Translations under genes and position numbers: made by a program
Notes under the pieces: generated by a model
The model's input: the letters and a program-made list of their open reading frames with translations, nothing else
What the model was told of the DNA's origin: nothing
Databases searched by the model: none
NCBI GenBank assembly: GCA_002773725.1
Contig: PFAH01000002.1
Location: 59,590 to 123,589, forward strand
Direction: 5' to 3'
DNA: 64,000 bases
Origin: Candidatus Colwellbacteria bacterium CG10_big_fil_rev_8_21_14_0_10_42_22
GTDB taxonomy: Bacteria > Patescibacteriota > Minisyncoccia > UBA6257 > Colwellbacteraceae
Shown: piece by piece, positions 54,170 through 64,000 of the stretch
Layout: each line of letters opens with the position of its first letter
How positions within the stretch are numbered: the stretch's first letter is position 1

Positions 54170-56443
54170 TTACTTCAAATTTATCGCATCTAAACCATAT
54201 TGATTCAAAACACTTAATGCCTGCGTAAATGTCGTCTCCCTTGTATCCACTGACCTCTTAATAAGCCCGTTTTCGGCTTGAAAATTTATAATCTCTTTTA
54301 GAGCTTTTTCTATCTCGATTGTTCGTAATATAAATCTTCGGAAAAGAGCTTCGTCTCTTATGTGGTGTGCATAGTGAAGATGGTTGCTATAGCTTTCTCT
54401 CAGATAGAGAATCTCTGCATCGTTTATAATACGATTCTTCTCAATACTATCTCCTCCTATATAAATCTTCTTTAGTTTTTCTATCGTCCCGTTGCTTCCG
54501 TTCAGGTCACTTGGCGCCAGGTAGCTAAGATAAAATATATCTATATTGGCACCCTCCGGTTCGGCTGCCCTAGCGGCGTCCATCACCTCTTTTACTTCAT
54601 CAAATCTACCCTGAAGCGTTAAGTTCTCCGCCAACATAAAAGCTGTGGTTTGCCTCCCACGAACTAAATCCATTGATTTTCTTAAATGTTCTTCTCCTAG
54701 TACTAAATACTCATTTTTTTCAAAGGCCTTAAAGGCATCGTTGTAGATAACCCCCATTTCATGCTCTCTGCGAGCCCTGTTGTCGGTTTTCTCCAACGCC
54801 TCTTCCCCTAATTTCAGCATTTGAGGAAGAATATCTGTCAGATTTTCTTTCGATAACCTATCTAGGGCACTAAAGAGCATGATTGATCTCACCTCCGCCT
54901 GAACAAAGTTATCTGGTGCGGTTACTCTGCGAACATCATCCGCATCAAGATGCTCCCGTTTCAATTCACCAAACATCGTCCTCATCTGATATGTAGGAAT
55001 AATAGAAGCCCAAATGAACAAAACGATTAATAGCACCCCCAACGTTGCTGAACCCAATTTTACGGATGTAGAGAATCTACTAATCTCAACATCTTCATTT
55101 TGGGGCTCTCTGTTCTTCACGTAATAGGTGTATGCGCTAAAAGAGAGCAAGCTAAAGAGTGGTATATAGATAGCAATTGAATCAAAGAAGAACAGGCTCT
55201 GCACAAAATAAGCCGTAACAATTCCTCCGATTGTTAAAGAAGTCCAAAATTCCTTGTTTGATTGCCCATACTCTTCCTCAGGTTTGACACTAAAGGATTT
55301 CCGGAAGAGAACGCCCCACATAAAAAGATATGCCATTAAACCAAGCACCCCATTCATAACCAACACGTCCAATATCTTGTTGTGGGCTCGATCAAACCAA
55401 GGGGTTTCAAATTTCTGGATGCTTGGGTTGTAAAACTGGTTGTGAGCATTGACATAACCCTCCAGACCCCAGCCAAATAAACTCCTTGTGGCTCCCACAT
55501 TGGCTGGGTTAATGGCATTTAAGCTTATGCCTATGTTGATTAGGCGCGCTTGGGTAGCTGGGTCTGTGCTAGAGATTTCGGCTAACCTATTTAAGCCGGG
55601 AACTCCCTGCCAAATAGAGTTGCTTCTAGTAAAGATAAATACAATTGAGAAGACGGCAATTAATAAAAGTAGTCCGGCTGATAGTTTTCTAGTATTGATG
55701 GATTTTTTGAATAGGTGCAGTTTAACGTATGGTTCTTTAGTCAACACCAAACGTAAAAGCGTGACGAGTATGGCCGCTACCAATCCCACCATCACTCCTC
55801 GAGTCCCCGTTGCAACAATAGTGACCACGGCAGTTATGGCAATCCCTCCACTTAGATAACGCCATATTTTGTTTTTATCTAAGATGCCGACTATTAAGGC
55901 AAAAAAGAGGGTGAAGAGGGCATAGGCGGCGGTCACCGCCGAATTGTCTAAGAAGGCTCCATCTGGGCGGTGAGCTCCCCCAAGCCATTCTATAAACACG
56001 TTTATGGCTATCACGCCTCCTACAAGGAGATTCACCTTGAAAAAGTTTAGCCAGTCCTTCTTATTAAAGAAGAGCAAAGTGCCAAGAAAAGATAGAAGCA
56101 TATAGATTAGTATCAAAAACCCTTCCGAACGCTCTACGTTGCCCCAGAAAGACCTATAGGGATTAACGGATAGAACGGTGCTAGCCAAGACCAAAAGCAT
56201 GAAAACCGCATAGGCAATCATCAGGGGATTAAATAATCTGCCTAATTTAAGGTGAATAGGGTTCTTTTTGTTTAGAATTCCTATAGCAAACAGCACGCCC
56301 GAAACACCTATCATAAATCGTATAAAGACCGCTTTGCCAAACATAAATGGGAAAAGAGTTCCATGGGTAATGGCAAAAGGAGTAAAAGCTAAGAGTATAA
56401 ATGAAAACTTGATTAAATTTTGTACACTAAATGTTTTTTCCAT
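54170..56443 (-). CDS. O-antigen-ligase-like membrane protein with C-terminal domain; paralog 2 of 3
   Basis: 757 aa, ...LFGWGLEGYVNAHNQFYNPSIQKFETPWFDRAHNKILDVLVMNGVLGL.... Confidence 0.6.
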   Translation of the reverse strand: MEKTFSVQNLIKFSFILLAFTPFAITHGTLFPFMFGKAVFIRFMIGVSGVLFAIGILNKKNPIHLKLGRLFNPLMIAYAVFMLLVLASTVLSVNPYRSFWGNVERSEGFLILIYMLLSFLGTLLFFNKKDWLNFFKVNLLVGGVIAINVFIEWLGGAHRPDGAFLDNSAVTAAYALFTLFFALIVGILDKNKIWRYLSGGIAITAVVTIVATGTRGVMVGLVAAILVTLLRLVLTKEPYVKLHLFKKSINTRKLSAGLLLLIAVFSIVFIFTRSNSIWQGVPGLNRLAEISSTDPATQARLINIGISLNAINPANVGATRSLFGWGLEGYVNAHNQFYNPSIQKFETPWFDRAHNKILDVLVMNGVLGLMAYLFMWGVLFRKSFSVKPEEEYGQSNKEFWTSLTIGGIVTAYFVQSLFFFDSIAIYIPLFSLLSFSAYTYYVKNREPQNEDVEISRFSTSVKLGSATLGVLLIVLFIWASIIPTYQMRTMFGELKREHLDADDVRRVTAPDNFVQAEVRSIMLFSALDRLSKENLTDILPQMLKLGEEALEKTDNRARREHEMGVIYNDAFKAFEKNEYLVLGEEHLRKSMDLVRGRQTTAFMLAENLTLQGRFDEVKEVMDAARAAEPEGANIDIFYLSYLAPSDLNGSNGTIEKLKKIYIGGDSIEKNRIINDAEILYLRESYSNHLHYAHHIRDEALFRRFILRTIEIEKALKEIINFQAENGLIKRSVDTRETTFTQALSVLNQYGLDAINLK

Positions 56444-56519
56444 TTCTTAAGAGCAATTACTAATTATTATATTTTGTCCTATTCTGTAGGATAACATGCC
56501 AAAAAACCAGCTAAAGAAT

Positions 56520-58775
56520 CTAAAAACTCACGCCCTCCCATCCAAACTGATCAAATAAGTTTAGGGCCTGTTCAAGCACCTGTTTCATGCTTCCCATCGG
56601 CTCATCCATAAACCCGTTAGGAATCTGCTCCGTCTGAATTGACTGGAGGATATCTTCCATCCTAATGGCCCTTGAGAGCACGCTTCTGAAGGCTCCTCCG
56701 TCGCGCTGGCGAGCATAATGGACTAGATAGAGCCTGTGCATGTTTCGGTAATAAGTAATCTCCTGCTCACTTATTTCTATATAGACGTTAAAAGCTTTCC
56801 TATTTTCGTAGAATAAATCTTTCATAAGTTCGTCTATTCCATGCGCACCACTCCAATCTAATGGAGCCATTATCATTGAATAATAAAGATTAGCATTCGC
56901 CGAACTGGAATCTGTCGCCAAAATATCATCTGCTACACCAAGCGCCTCCTCTAACCTGCCTTGGGTTATTAAGTTTTTGGCTAGCAAGAAAAGCGTTTCC
57001 TGCCTTCCCGGGATAAGTTCCAGCTCCTGTCTGAATAGTTCTTCCGCCCGCTTTATAAGCTCGGGTGATCCGCTATTCTCTCCGTAAGTTTGATATGAGA
57101 GCGCTAAAACCTCCATATTTCTCGGCTCTTGGGGCTCTAGAGAAATTATTTCTTCCATTAAGGCCCAAGATTTATTAATCAGCGGTTTAGCTCTCGGGTC
57201 GTTAATTATATCTGCGAGTGATAAAACAAGCTTTTTTCTGATTTCGGCCTGAGCATAATTGAGAGGGCTGGATATTTCGTCCATGTGCTCCATTATAAAT
57301 GTCGGGTTTTGTTTCCTTAGGCCTTCTGTAAGCTTGCTTGTCTGTCTATACGGAATAAATGCGGTTACATAAAAAGACGCCAGCAAGAACAACCCCAAAA
57401 TTACTGCTATCCATTTAGGGGTCTTGATGAATTCGTAGCTGGGTTTAGATTTTTCTCTCTGCAAAACGTAAGAAGAGAACCCCCAGAAAACAAATACGGG
57501 AACATATGTAGATATTTGGTCAAAAAAGGCCAGGTTGTGAACAAAATAAGCTACGGCAAAGAATATCATTGAGGATTTTAATAATAATTCTTTACCCTTG
57601 TCTTCATTGCTCAAAGAGGCCGTTAGGGTAGCCCTGAAGGCGAAAAACCAAATAGATAGGTACGCCACCAACCCCAACAGACCGTTCATCACAAGCACGT
57701 CCATAACTTGGTTATGTGCCCGATCAAACAATTTTGTCTCATATCTTTGAATCTTTGGGTCGAAGTATTTATTAAAAGCTACATTATAGCTATCCGGCCC
57801 CCAACCAAATAAAAACCTATCAAAACCAACACTGGTCGGATTAATCGAAGCCAAACTAATCTTAGCCGCTACAAATCTGGATTGGATTGTTTGAGTTTGT
57901 GTTGAGAGCTCAGAGAATCTATTCAACCCGGGAACTCTCTCCCAAATAGAATTATTCAATGTAAAGATGAAAATAACCCCGAAGAGGGCTAAGAGTATAA
58001 AGAGTTGAATGACCAAGTTGCGAATACTGATGTGTTTGCCTAATAGTTTGACCCTAGCTCCACCCGCCTTAACGGCTAGATAAAAAGCCGTAGTTAGTAG
58101 GGCTACTATTAATCCTAAAATAATGCTTCTTGTGTTAGAAACCGCCAGACCAATTACAGAAAGGCCTAGAACGGCATAAGAGAACTTCTTCCAACTTCGC
58201 CTATTTTCATAGACCAAAACAATAAGAGCGCTAAAGATTGCAAACAATAGATAAGCCGAAATAAACGTGGGGTTCCTAAGAAAGATCCCCTCTGCCCTCT
58301 CTCCGGTTTGTATATACGACAAAATCGTGTCCGCCGATACCATCGCCCCCGTAACAATGCTTGCTTTGAAAAACTGAAGCCACTGTTTCCTTCTAAAAAC
58401 TAGAGATGTCAATGCAAAGAAAGTGAACATGTAGAGAAGATGCACATACCCTTCTCCTCTTAAAATGGTCCCAAAGAACGACCTATAAGGATTGCCTGCC
58501 AAGAAGGTGCTGATTCCAGCTAAAATTGTAAAAAAAGAGAGGGATATAAAAATCGGACTTTTAAGAAAACTCCAGTTCAAAAAATCAACAAAATCTTTTT
58601 TCTTAAAAAGAAACATAGCTAAAAAAACCAAAGCTAAGGCGATTAAAAACCTGGTGAAAGCCACTTTAGCAATAATCAAAGAAACCAAAGTATTAGAAGT
58701 AATCACCACGGGCACAAATGCCAGTCCTAAAAGAGACCAAATTATAGTTTTTCTATAAAAAGAATCTGTCACCAT
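56520..58775 (-). CDS. O-antigen-ligase-like membrane protein with C-terminal domain; paralog 3 of 3
   Basis: 751 aa, ...LFGWGPDSYNVAFNKYFDPKIQRYETKLFDRAHNQVMDVLVMNGLLGL.... Confidence 0.6.
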   Translation of the reverse strand: MVTDSFYRKTIIWSLLGLAFVPVVITSNTLVSLIIAKVAFTRFLIALALVFLAMFLFKKKDFVDFLNWSFLKSPIFISLSFFTILAGISTFLAGNPYRSFFGTILRGEGYVHLLYMFTFFALTSLVFRRKQWLQFFKASIVTGAMVSADTILSYIQTGERAEGIFLRNPTFISAYLLFAIFSALIVLVYENRRSWKKFSYAVLGLSVIGLAVSNTRSIILGLIVALLTTAFYLAVKAGGARVKLLGKHISIRNLVIQLFILLALFGVIFIFTLNNSIWERVPGLNRFSELSTQTQTIQSRFVAAKISLASINPTSVGFDRFLFGWGPDSYNVAFNKYFDPKIQRYETKLFDRAHNQVMDVLVMNGLLGLVAYLSIWFFAFRATLTASLSNEDKGKELLLKSSMIFFAVAYFVHNLAFFDQISTYVPVFVFWGFSSYVLQREKSKPSYEFIKTPKWIAVILGLFLLASFYVTAFIPYRQTSKLTEGLRKQNPTFIMEHMDEISSPLNYAQAEIRKKLVLSLADIINDPRAKPLINKSWALMEEIISLEPQEPRNMEVLALSYQTYGENSGSPELIKRAEELFRQELELIPGRQETLFLLAKNLITQGRLEEALGVADDILATDSSSANANLYYSMIMAPLDWSGAHGIDELMKDLFYENRKAFNVYIEISEQEITYYRNMHRLYLVHYARQRDGGAFRSVLSRAIRMEDILQSIQTEQIPNGFMDEPMGSMKQVLEQALNLFDQFGWEGVSF

Positions 58776-58847
58776 TTCTAATCCAATTATAGCTAGAATT
58801 TATATTTACAAATAACAGCTAATTTTCGCCTTGATAGAAAACATAGA

Positions 58848-58872
58848 AAGCCGCCTTTCGGCGGCTTTCTGC
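58848..58872 (-). terminator. Hairpin terminator (AAGCCGCC-tttc-GGCGGCTT) after the 58930-60876 gene
   Basis: gaaagccgcctttcggcggctttctg; the minus strand continues tctatgttttct. Confidence 0.5.
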
Positions 58873-58929
58873 CAACCCATCTAGAGAAAATTCTCTAAAT
58901 GTGGATTTACTAGATAACTTAGGAATTCA

Positions 58930-60876
58930 CTATTCCTGGTCGTCCAAGAAAACCGCAGGAGTTCTAAACTCTCCAAGGTTGAGGGTGTACGTAAGAGTAC
59001 CTGTAGCATCTGTCAGGTTATACCTTAGACTGCTCAACGACATGTCTAGGTATCCATCCGCAAGGTCGTCGTCACCATCGCCAACACGGCCAATGACGCT
59101 GAACCTTTCGGTTTGACCCTCCAGTACTGTAAATGCGCTTGCACTTTCACTCGCACCACTATCGGTCCTAATGTCAGTTGTCAGCGTACCTGTGCTGACA
59201 GACGTAGTAACATTGGACTCTGTCGTTCCTGCACGAGTTGGGCTCGTAGCATCGATGAAGATACTTCCGCCCCACGCAGTTACATCAAATGTAATGGTGT
59301 ATTCAGCAGAATCGCTAGTTCCCGTAGAGGCGTTTCCAGCGGTCTTTACAGCTGTCGGAGTCCCTACAAGCGCTATGTCAAATCCTACATCACGAATCTC
59401 GTTTGCTTCACCAGCTGCCGAACCGGTTATCTGGGCATCAGCCAACTGAGTGTTAGATTCGTCTCTTACATCAACGAGAGCGGTTTGGTCAGTTTCGGTC
59501 TCTCCAAGCGTAGCTTGGATTGTGTCACCAACATCAGGGTCTTCATCCAGACCTCTAATGGTAACCTCAATCTGTCCACTGACGGTCTCGCCAGCAGGGT
59601 GAGTGAAGTTAACATCATCAAACAAGATATCCTCGTCGGTACCTACACTGATATCATCAGCATCATCCTGGTAAGAAGCCGTACCATAATCTTCCCCGTC
59701 AAGGACGAGGTAGATCTGCGGTGAAGTACCACCAGCGATGAAATCGTCAACGTCAGCACTACCCGTCACGTCAAGGTTGACGCCAAACTCATTGTATTCA
59801 AGGTCTGTGTCTCCCTTGTTCTCCAACTCGAAGTCAAGGATGGTTACTCGAGTGTTCTCCGTGGCGTGCACGTCAACTAAGTGTGCCTTGTTAACGGCAT
59901 CATTGTCAGCCAACGTAATATGGAGTTCCAAGCTACTCGCTGTAGCAAATGTCTCGAACGAGAAGGTTCGAGTACCTGTGCCTGGGTCTTCAGAAACTGA
60001 AGAACCAGCAGCGTCCATGTAACGAACTTGGGTGAAATCAACTGTCCAGGTTTCGGTTACATCGTTTGAATCGATGTTCCTAGCACCTGAAACAGCTACT
60101 ACTAATTCTCCTTTTTCACCTTCTTCAACAACTGCGCCGCTATCCAAGGCAATCGTGGACTGGAAAGCATTGTCGTCATTAAAGTCATCCGCGTCTACGC
60201 GACCAAACTCTTCTCCATCAAGCCAGATAGAGACCTCGTCAGCGTATTCCTCGAAGTCGTTGTCGGCTGTTCCTTGGTCAAAGTTGACCCTAACAGCTTT
60301 GAGCTCTAAATCAGAGTCGATGGCCTCTACTTCAAGACCGGAAACCTCTACGTCATCAGCGCCTTCGCCAACCTCTTCGCCGGACCAAGTAGAGAGCAAC
60401 TTGTAATCAGCTGAACCAGAACCACCTTCTAAACCACTAGATGTTCCAGGTGTTTCTGGTGTAGCGGGTGTACTGCTACACAATGTGTTGTACTTGGCTC
60501 TTGAAATTGGACCGAAGTATCCAACTGCTGGGGCTATACCATTGGCAGCCTGCCAAGCAGCTACAGCGGTCTGAGTGATCGGACCGAAGTAACCAGTGGC
60601 TCCACCTGCAAAGGTGAAGTGTCCAGTGCCTTGAAGATAATTCTGCAAGGTGGTTACGTCTGGACCCGTTGAACCTACTGTGAGGTCCACATTAAAGGCA
60701 TAGCAAGCAGTTGTGCTAGTACCACCTGTCAAAGCTGCCAATTGTGCTGTAAGTGTGGCAATTTGTGCCTGTAATTCAGCAATAGTAACAGCGCCAGCAA
60801 CAGGAGCTAAAACACCTGCACCAGCTAGAGACAGAACGGTAGCAATTGATATGCCTATTGTTCCTAATTTTCTCAT
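58930..60876 (-). CDS. Secreted cell-surface protein with an N-terminal peptidoglycan-binding (PG_binding_1-like) domain and a long acidic Thr/Asp-rich beta-rich region
   Basis: Signal peptide MRKLGTIGISIATVLSLAGAGVLA. ...VTTLQNYLQGTGHFTFAGGATGYFGPITQTAVAAWQAANGI...GYFGPISRAKYNTL (LxxxLxxxG...G.FG..T..AV..FQ pattern). The ORFs 59113-59724+ and others are opposite-strand artefacts. Confidence 0.6.
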   Translation of the reverse strand: MRKLGTIGISIATVLSLAGAGVLAPVAGAVTIAELQAQIATLTAQLAALTGGTSTTACYAFNVDLTVGSTGPDVTTLQNYLQGTGHFTFAGGATGYFGPITQTAVAAWQAANGIAPAVGYFGPISRAKYNTLCSSTPATPETPGTSSGLEGGSGSADYKLLSTWSGEEVGEGADDVEVSGLEVEAIDSDLELKAVRVNFDQGTADNDFEEYADEVSIWLDGEEFGRVDADDFNDDNAFQSTIALDSGAVVEEGEKGELVVAVSGARNIDSNDVTETWTVDFTQVRYMDAAGSSVSEDPGTGTRTFSFETFATASSLELHITLADNDAVNKAHLVDVHATENTRVTILDFELENKGDTDLEYNEFGVNLDVTGSADVDDFIAGGTSPQIYLVLDGEDYGTASYQDDADDISVGTDEDILFDDVNFTHPAGETVSGQIEVTIRGLDEDPDVGDTIQATLGETETDQTALVDVRDESNTQLADAQITGSAAGEANEIRDVGFDIALVGTPTAVKTAGNASTGTSDSAEYTITFDVTAWGGSIFIDATSPTRAGTTESNVTTSVSTGTLTTDIRTDSGASESASAFTVLEGQTERFSVIGRVGDGDDDLADGYLDMSLSSLRYNLTDATGTLTYTLNLGEFRTPAVFLDDQE

Positions 60877-61323
60877 TTATTTTAATTTGTATTTTTACTT
60901 TTTAGCTTGCGCTAAAATTTTCTCAGGATCTTTTACTCCAAGAACATGCCATCGACCAAAGACAATGTTTGGAAAATCCCCTAGCAGTTTTTTGTGCCAC
61001 AACTTGCGCTAGGCAGTCGTGGACTTTTGCGGTTTTTAATTTCCGCTTGCAAGCGGGACAAGCCGCTACTTAAAGCCCGACAGGCGGACCTTTGTAGATC
61101 AACCGACCTGCCATCCTATGGTTTAAACTGCTAGAATCCTCGCGCCATATAGCGCAGAAGATAAATCCCTTTACAGGGACTTAGAGCAATTCTAGTACAT
61201 CAAGCTACAAGCAACAAGCCCCCTAAAAGGGTGAGCTGTGGAAAAGCTCTTTGGCTCTTGCTTACACTTTACAACGTGCGCTTAAGCCCCTGTGTTACAC
61301 CAAAATATGGCTTAAAAACACGA

Positions 61324-62058
61324 TTATTCAAAAGTGTCAAAAATTCCTACTTTGGGGCCAGAAAGAAGAATTGTTGATCCTTCTTCTATATTTACATGAT
61401 CATTATCCTGCTCTCCTTCCTTATTATATATAGTATCTCTACCCCCCTCTTTTATGGCCTTTAAATAGCTATATGGACCCCTACTCCCAATTCTCTCTAT
61501 GCGCCCTTCCCTTATAAGAGATGATATATCATTGCGAAGAGTCCTCTTGCTAACCTCCCCGAATCTAGTCGCAAGATCGGACATACGGCAATTGCCATCA
61601 AATTGCCGTATGAATTCCAGTATTTCCGTTTGCCGTTTACTTGGCTCTTTGCCAGACCTGGTTTCATTGCCGTTTGAAATTTCCTTTTTAAACGGCAACT
61701 CTTGGCTGTTTTTCTCAAACATTCCGGATATATCTTCATCCGGCATTTCTTCCATATATTCAGCCACTAAAAGCTCCTTGAGGTTGGCGAGCTCTCTATT
61801 TAGAACACTTGTATTAATATCGCTTATTTCCTCAAGAGAATTGGCTAAATTGATTAATCTTTCCAGTTTGTGAATAGAGCTCTCGTCAACGTATGTAGAA
61901 AGCTCAACTGCCGACATTTCTAATTCTTTCCTTAAAAAGGCATGTTCAATTAATGCACTCACGCGGAAAACGGCAAAACTAATATCATGCACTAACTCGG
62001 CAATATATGAGTTCCGAAACATCGGCAATAAAATACCAAACTTGCCTATAAATGGCAA
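61324..62058 (-). CDS. Hypothetical protein with a winged-helix DNA-binding segment (possible transcriptional regulator)
   Basis: ...RQTEILEFIRQFDGNCRMSDLATRFGEVSKRTLRNDISSLIREGRIERIGSRGPYSYL... resembles a wHTH; the N-terminal helical region is unassigned. Confidence 0.4.
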   Translation of the reverse strand: MPFIGKFGILLPMFRNSYIAELVHDISFAVFRVSALIEHAFLRKELEMSAVELSTYVDESSIHKLERLINLANSLEEISDINTSVLNRELANLKELLVAEYMEEMPDEDISGMFEKNSQELPFKKEISNGNETRSGKEPSKRQTEILEFIRQFDGNCRMSDLATRFGEVSKRTLRNDISSLIREGRIERIGSRGPYSYLKAIKEGGRDTIYNKEGEQDNDHVNIEEGSTILLSGPKVGIFDTFE

Positions 62059-62071
62059 GTATTAGGAAAGA

Positions 62072-63646
62072 TTATCTCAAATAGTTGAAAAGACCTATAC
62101 CAGTCATTTCTGAGGGCTTGGGAATACCCATTAATTCCAAAACGGTTGGGGCAACATCAGATATAACACCTGTATTTATCTTCTCTATCTCATCTGCTTG
62201 GGCCTCACTTTTTGGTCTTTCATATCCTCCGGCTACTACATAGATTGGCACAGGCGAAATGTTGTGTCCCGTTTCCGCCATACCCGTTCTAATATCTAAC
62301 ATCTTATCTGCATTGCCATGATCCGAAGTTATCACCATCACAGACCCCGAGCTCAAAACCGCTCTCATTAAAAGACCGACCTGTTCGTCTATATAATTAA
62401 TTGCCTTTATGGTTGCTTCAAAATCTCCCATGTGAGCCATCACATCTGCATTGGCAAAGTTGATTAATATAAAGTCGTAAACGCCTTCGTTAATGGCAGT
62501 TAATGCCCGAGAGCCAACTTCCCTCACCCTCATCTCTGGGTGCTCTGTGATTTTCGCCTCTTCTCTGGAGGGCACCACTACTCTGTATTCATTCTTATAC
62601 GGCATCTCGTGCATACCATTAAAAAAGTATGTGACATGAGCGTATTTTTGGCTTTCGGTTAATCTAAGCTGAACCTTACCCGCATCCGCCAACACCTTTC
62701 CTAGGGGCATTTCAACATTATCCGCCGGAAAGGCGATGGGTAAATTAAATCGATCGCCGTAGTTTGTGAATGTAACGAGATGAAGGTCTTTGGGAATTAA
62801 GTGTTTTTGCGCCTCCACTATGCCCATTGCCGGGTTAGCCCTCCCCCCCGCCTCCTCGTCTATAAACATTTCTGTAATTTGACGCATATTGTCCTCTCGG
62901 AAATTGAAGAACACTACACTATCGCCGTCTTTAATCTTTAATTCATCGCTTATAAGGGTTGGATTTATAAATTCGTCTGTTAAGCCCCTTTCATAGAAAG
63001 ATTCTAAAAGGGTGGGAATCGTATTTTCTCCGAGGATATTCTTTGAAACGCCCACCATCGCCTCATACGCTCTTTTTGTACGGTCCCAATGCAGATCTCT
63101 ATCCATAGCAAAGTGGCGTCCCGACAAACTGGCAATCTTTTCTTGGGGTACTTTGTTTATTAAATTCAGAGCTCCTTTGGGAGCGCTATTAATCCCGTCT
63201 GTAAAAAGATGTAGGGCAAAACCCATCTGCTTTTGTTGCATCAATTCAATTAATGCCTGTAGGTGTTCTAGAGAAGAATGGTCGCTTCCCGCACTTAAAA
63301 GTCCCACCAGATTTACCTTGGCGCCGTTTTCTTTAGCATGGTTTATGGCGCGCATGAGCTCTTCGTTTTCAAAAAAGGTTTTATCCTTAATAGCTAAGCT
63401 AATGCGTGGATAGTCCTGATATAGAACCTTGCCTGCGCCCAATGTTAAGTGTCCAACCTCGGAACTGCCCGGCTCATTCCAAGGAAGACCCACCGCAATT
63501 CCTGATGCCTGCAGGGTGCCTGCTGGATAGTTCAAACGAATATGGTTTAGATTCTTGGGCTCTGCTTTATATATAGAATTGGATGCGTCCTTCTTGCCAA
63601 CACCCCAGCCGTCCAAAATTAGTAGTACCAAAGTTTGCTTTCGCAT
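62072..63646 (-). CDS. gpmI: 2,3-bisphosphoglycerate-independent phosphoglycerate mutase (start taken at the internal Met MRKQTLVLLILDGWG)
   Basis: ...LLILDGWGVG..., ...SEVGHLTLGAG..., ...ITSDHGNAD... are hallmarks of iPGM. The ORF-track N-terminal 34 codons are probably untranslated. Confidence 0.85.
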   Translation of the reverse strand: MRKQTLVLLILDGWGVGKKDASNSIYKAEPKNLNHIRLNYPAGTLQASGIAVGLPWNEPGSSEVGHLTLGAGKVLYQDYPRISLAIKDKTFFENEELMRAINHAKENGAKVNLVGLLSAGSDHSSLEHLQALIELMQQKQMGFALHLFTDGINSAPKGALNLINKVPQEKIASLSGRHFAMDRDLHWDRTKRAYEAMVGVSKNILGENTIPTLLESFYERGLTDEFINPTLISDELKIKDGDSVVFFNFREDNMRQITEMFIDEEAGGRANPAMGIVEAQKHLIPKDLHLVTFTNYGDRFNLPIAFPADNVEMPLGKVLADAGKVQLRLTESQKYAHVTYFFNGMHEMPYKNEYRVVVPSREEAKITEHPEMRVREVGSRALTAINEGVYDFILINFANADVMAHMGDFEATIKAINYIDEQVGLLMRAVLSSGSVMVITSDHGNADKMLDIRTGMAETGHNISPVPIYVVAGGYERPKSEAQADEIEKINTGVISDVAPTVLELMGIPKPSEMTGIGLFNYLR

Positions 63647-63738
63647 ATACATCCAGTTTATCACACCCACACTTCCAAAAGTTGTAAGAGTTACCCTTCT
63701 CGTGATAAGCTTTTGGGCGAAGCTAATACAACTTATTA

Positions 63739-63960
63739 ATGAACACAATTACCGTTTTGCAACTTATAGCCGGCGTCGTCACCATCGTATTGATTTTACT
63801 TCAACAACGTTCATCCGGGGCTGGCGGTCTTTTTGGCGGAGGTGGTTCGGGGGGATTCTATCAACGTCGTAGAGGAATAGAAAGAACACTTTTTATGGCC
63901 ACCATTGGTTCTGTTGCTATATTTACGTTGCTTTCAATTGCAAATCTGATTCCTAACTAA
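63739..63960 (+). CDS. secG: Preprotein translocase subunit SecG
   Basis: 73 aa with two TM helices (LQLIAGVVTIVLILLQQ and FMATIGSVAIFTLLSIANLI) separated by a Gly-rich loop (GAGGLFGGGGSGGF); the SecG architecture. Confidence 0.7.
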   Translation: MNTITVLQLIAGVVTIVLILLQQRSSGAGGLFGGGGSGGFYQRRRGIERTLFMATIGSVAIFTLLSIANLIPN

Positions 63961-64000
63961 TAATCCCCTACACCCCGGGAGAATGAAGATCTTTTTTAAG

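Overview
This 64-kb window is low-GC DNA (about 40% in sampled stretches) and looks like a reduced-genome Patescibacteria/CPR bacterium. Reasons: the 16S rRNA has CAGCAGCAGCGG in the 515 region, there is a type IV pilin, transketolase is split, a compact glycolysis/pentose-phosphate block is present, and most proteins of a large surface-glycan locus are present. Almost every gene is on the minus strand. In order the window holds:
- a type IV pilus locus: partial PilB-like ATPase, a membrane protein, a pilin, and a CheY-like receiver;
- a 16S rRNA gene on the minus strand with no 23S downstream, driven by a near-consensus promoter;
- a large acidic surface protein built from near-identical tandem repeats;
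- three short GC-rich islands (55-62% GC in sampled 60-mers) encoding membrane-anchored or small proteins; one abuts tRNA-Ala and one is bracketed by long inverted repeats;
- rpmE, an N-terminally truncated release factor, a lytic-transglycosylase-domain protein and rplY;
- the block fba / pfkB-family kinase / split transketolase / rpe / rpiB / gap;
- a SpoU methyltransferase;
- a tRNA cluster (Ala, Pro, CCA-adding enzyme, a tRNA-Lys-like fragment beside a 28-bp perfect palindrome, Lys, Arg);
- a perfect sigma70-type promoter driving a roughly 350-nt structured transcript of unknown class;
- two hypothetical proteins, recG, and a protein with three lamin-tail-domain repeats;
- trxB and a glutaredoxin;
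- a locus of about 26 kb for a methylated, probably heptose-containing glycan (flippase, priming transferase, glycosyltransferases, GmhA, HddA-like kinase, nucleotidyltransferases, epimerases, C-methyltransferase, four O-antigen-ligase-like proteins, three of them in tandem);
- a peptidoglycan-binding surface protein, gpmI and secG.
No CRISPR array, transposase or integrase was seen. All coordinates and calls come from reading the sequence and the ORF translations; no searches were run.
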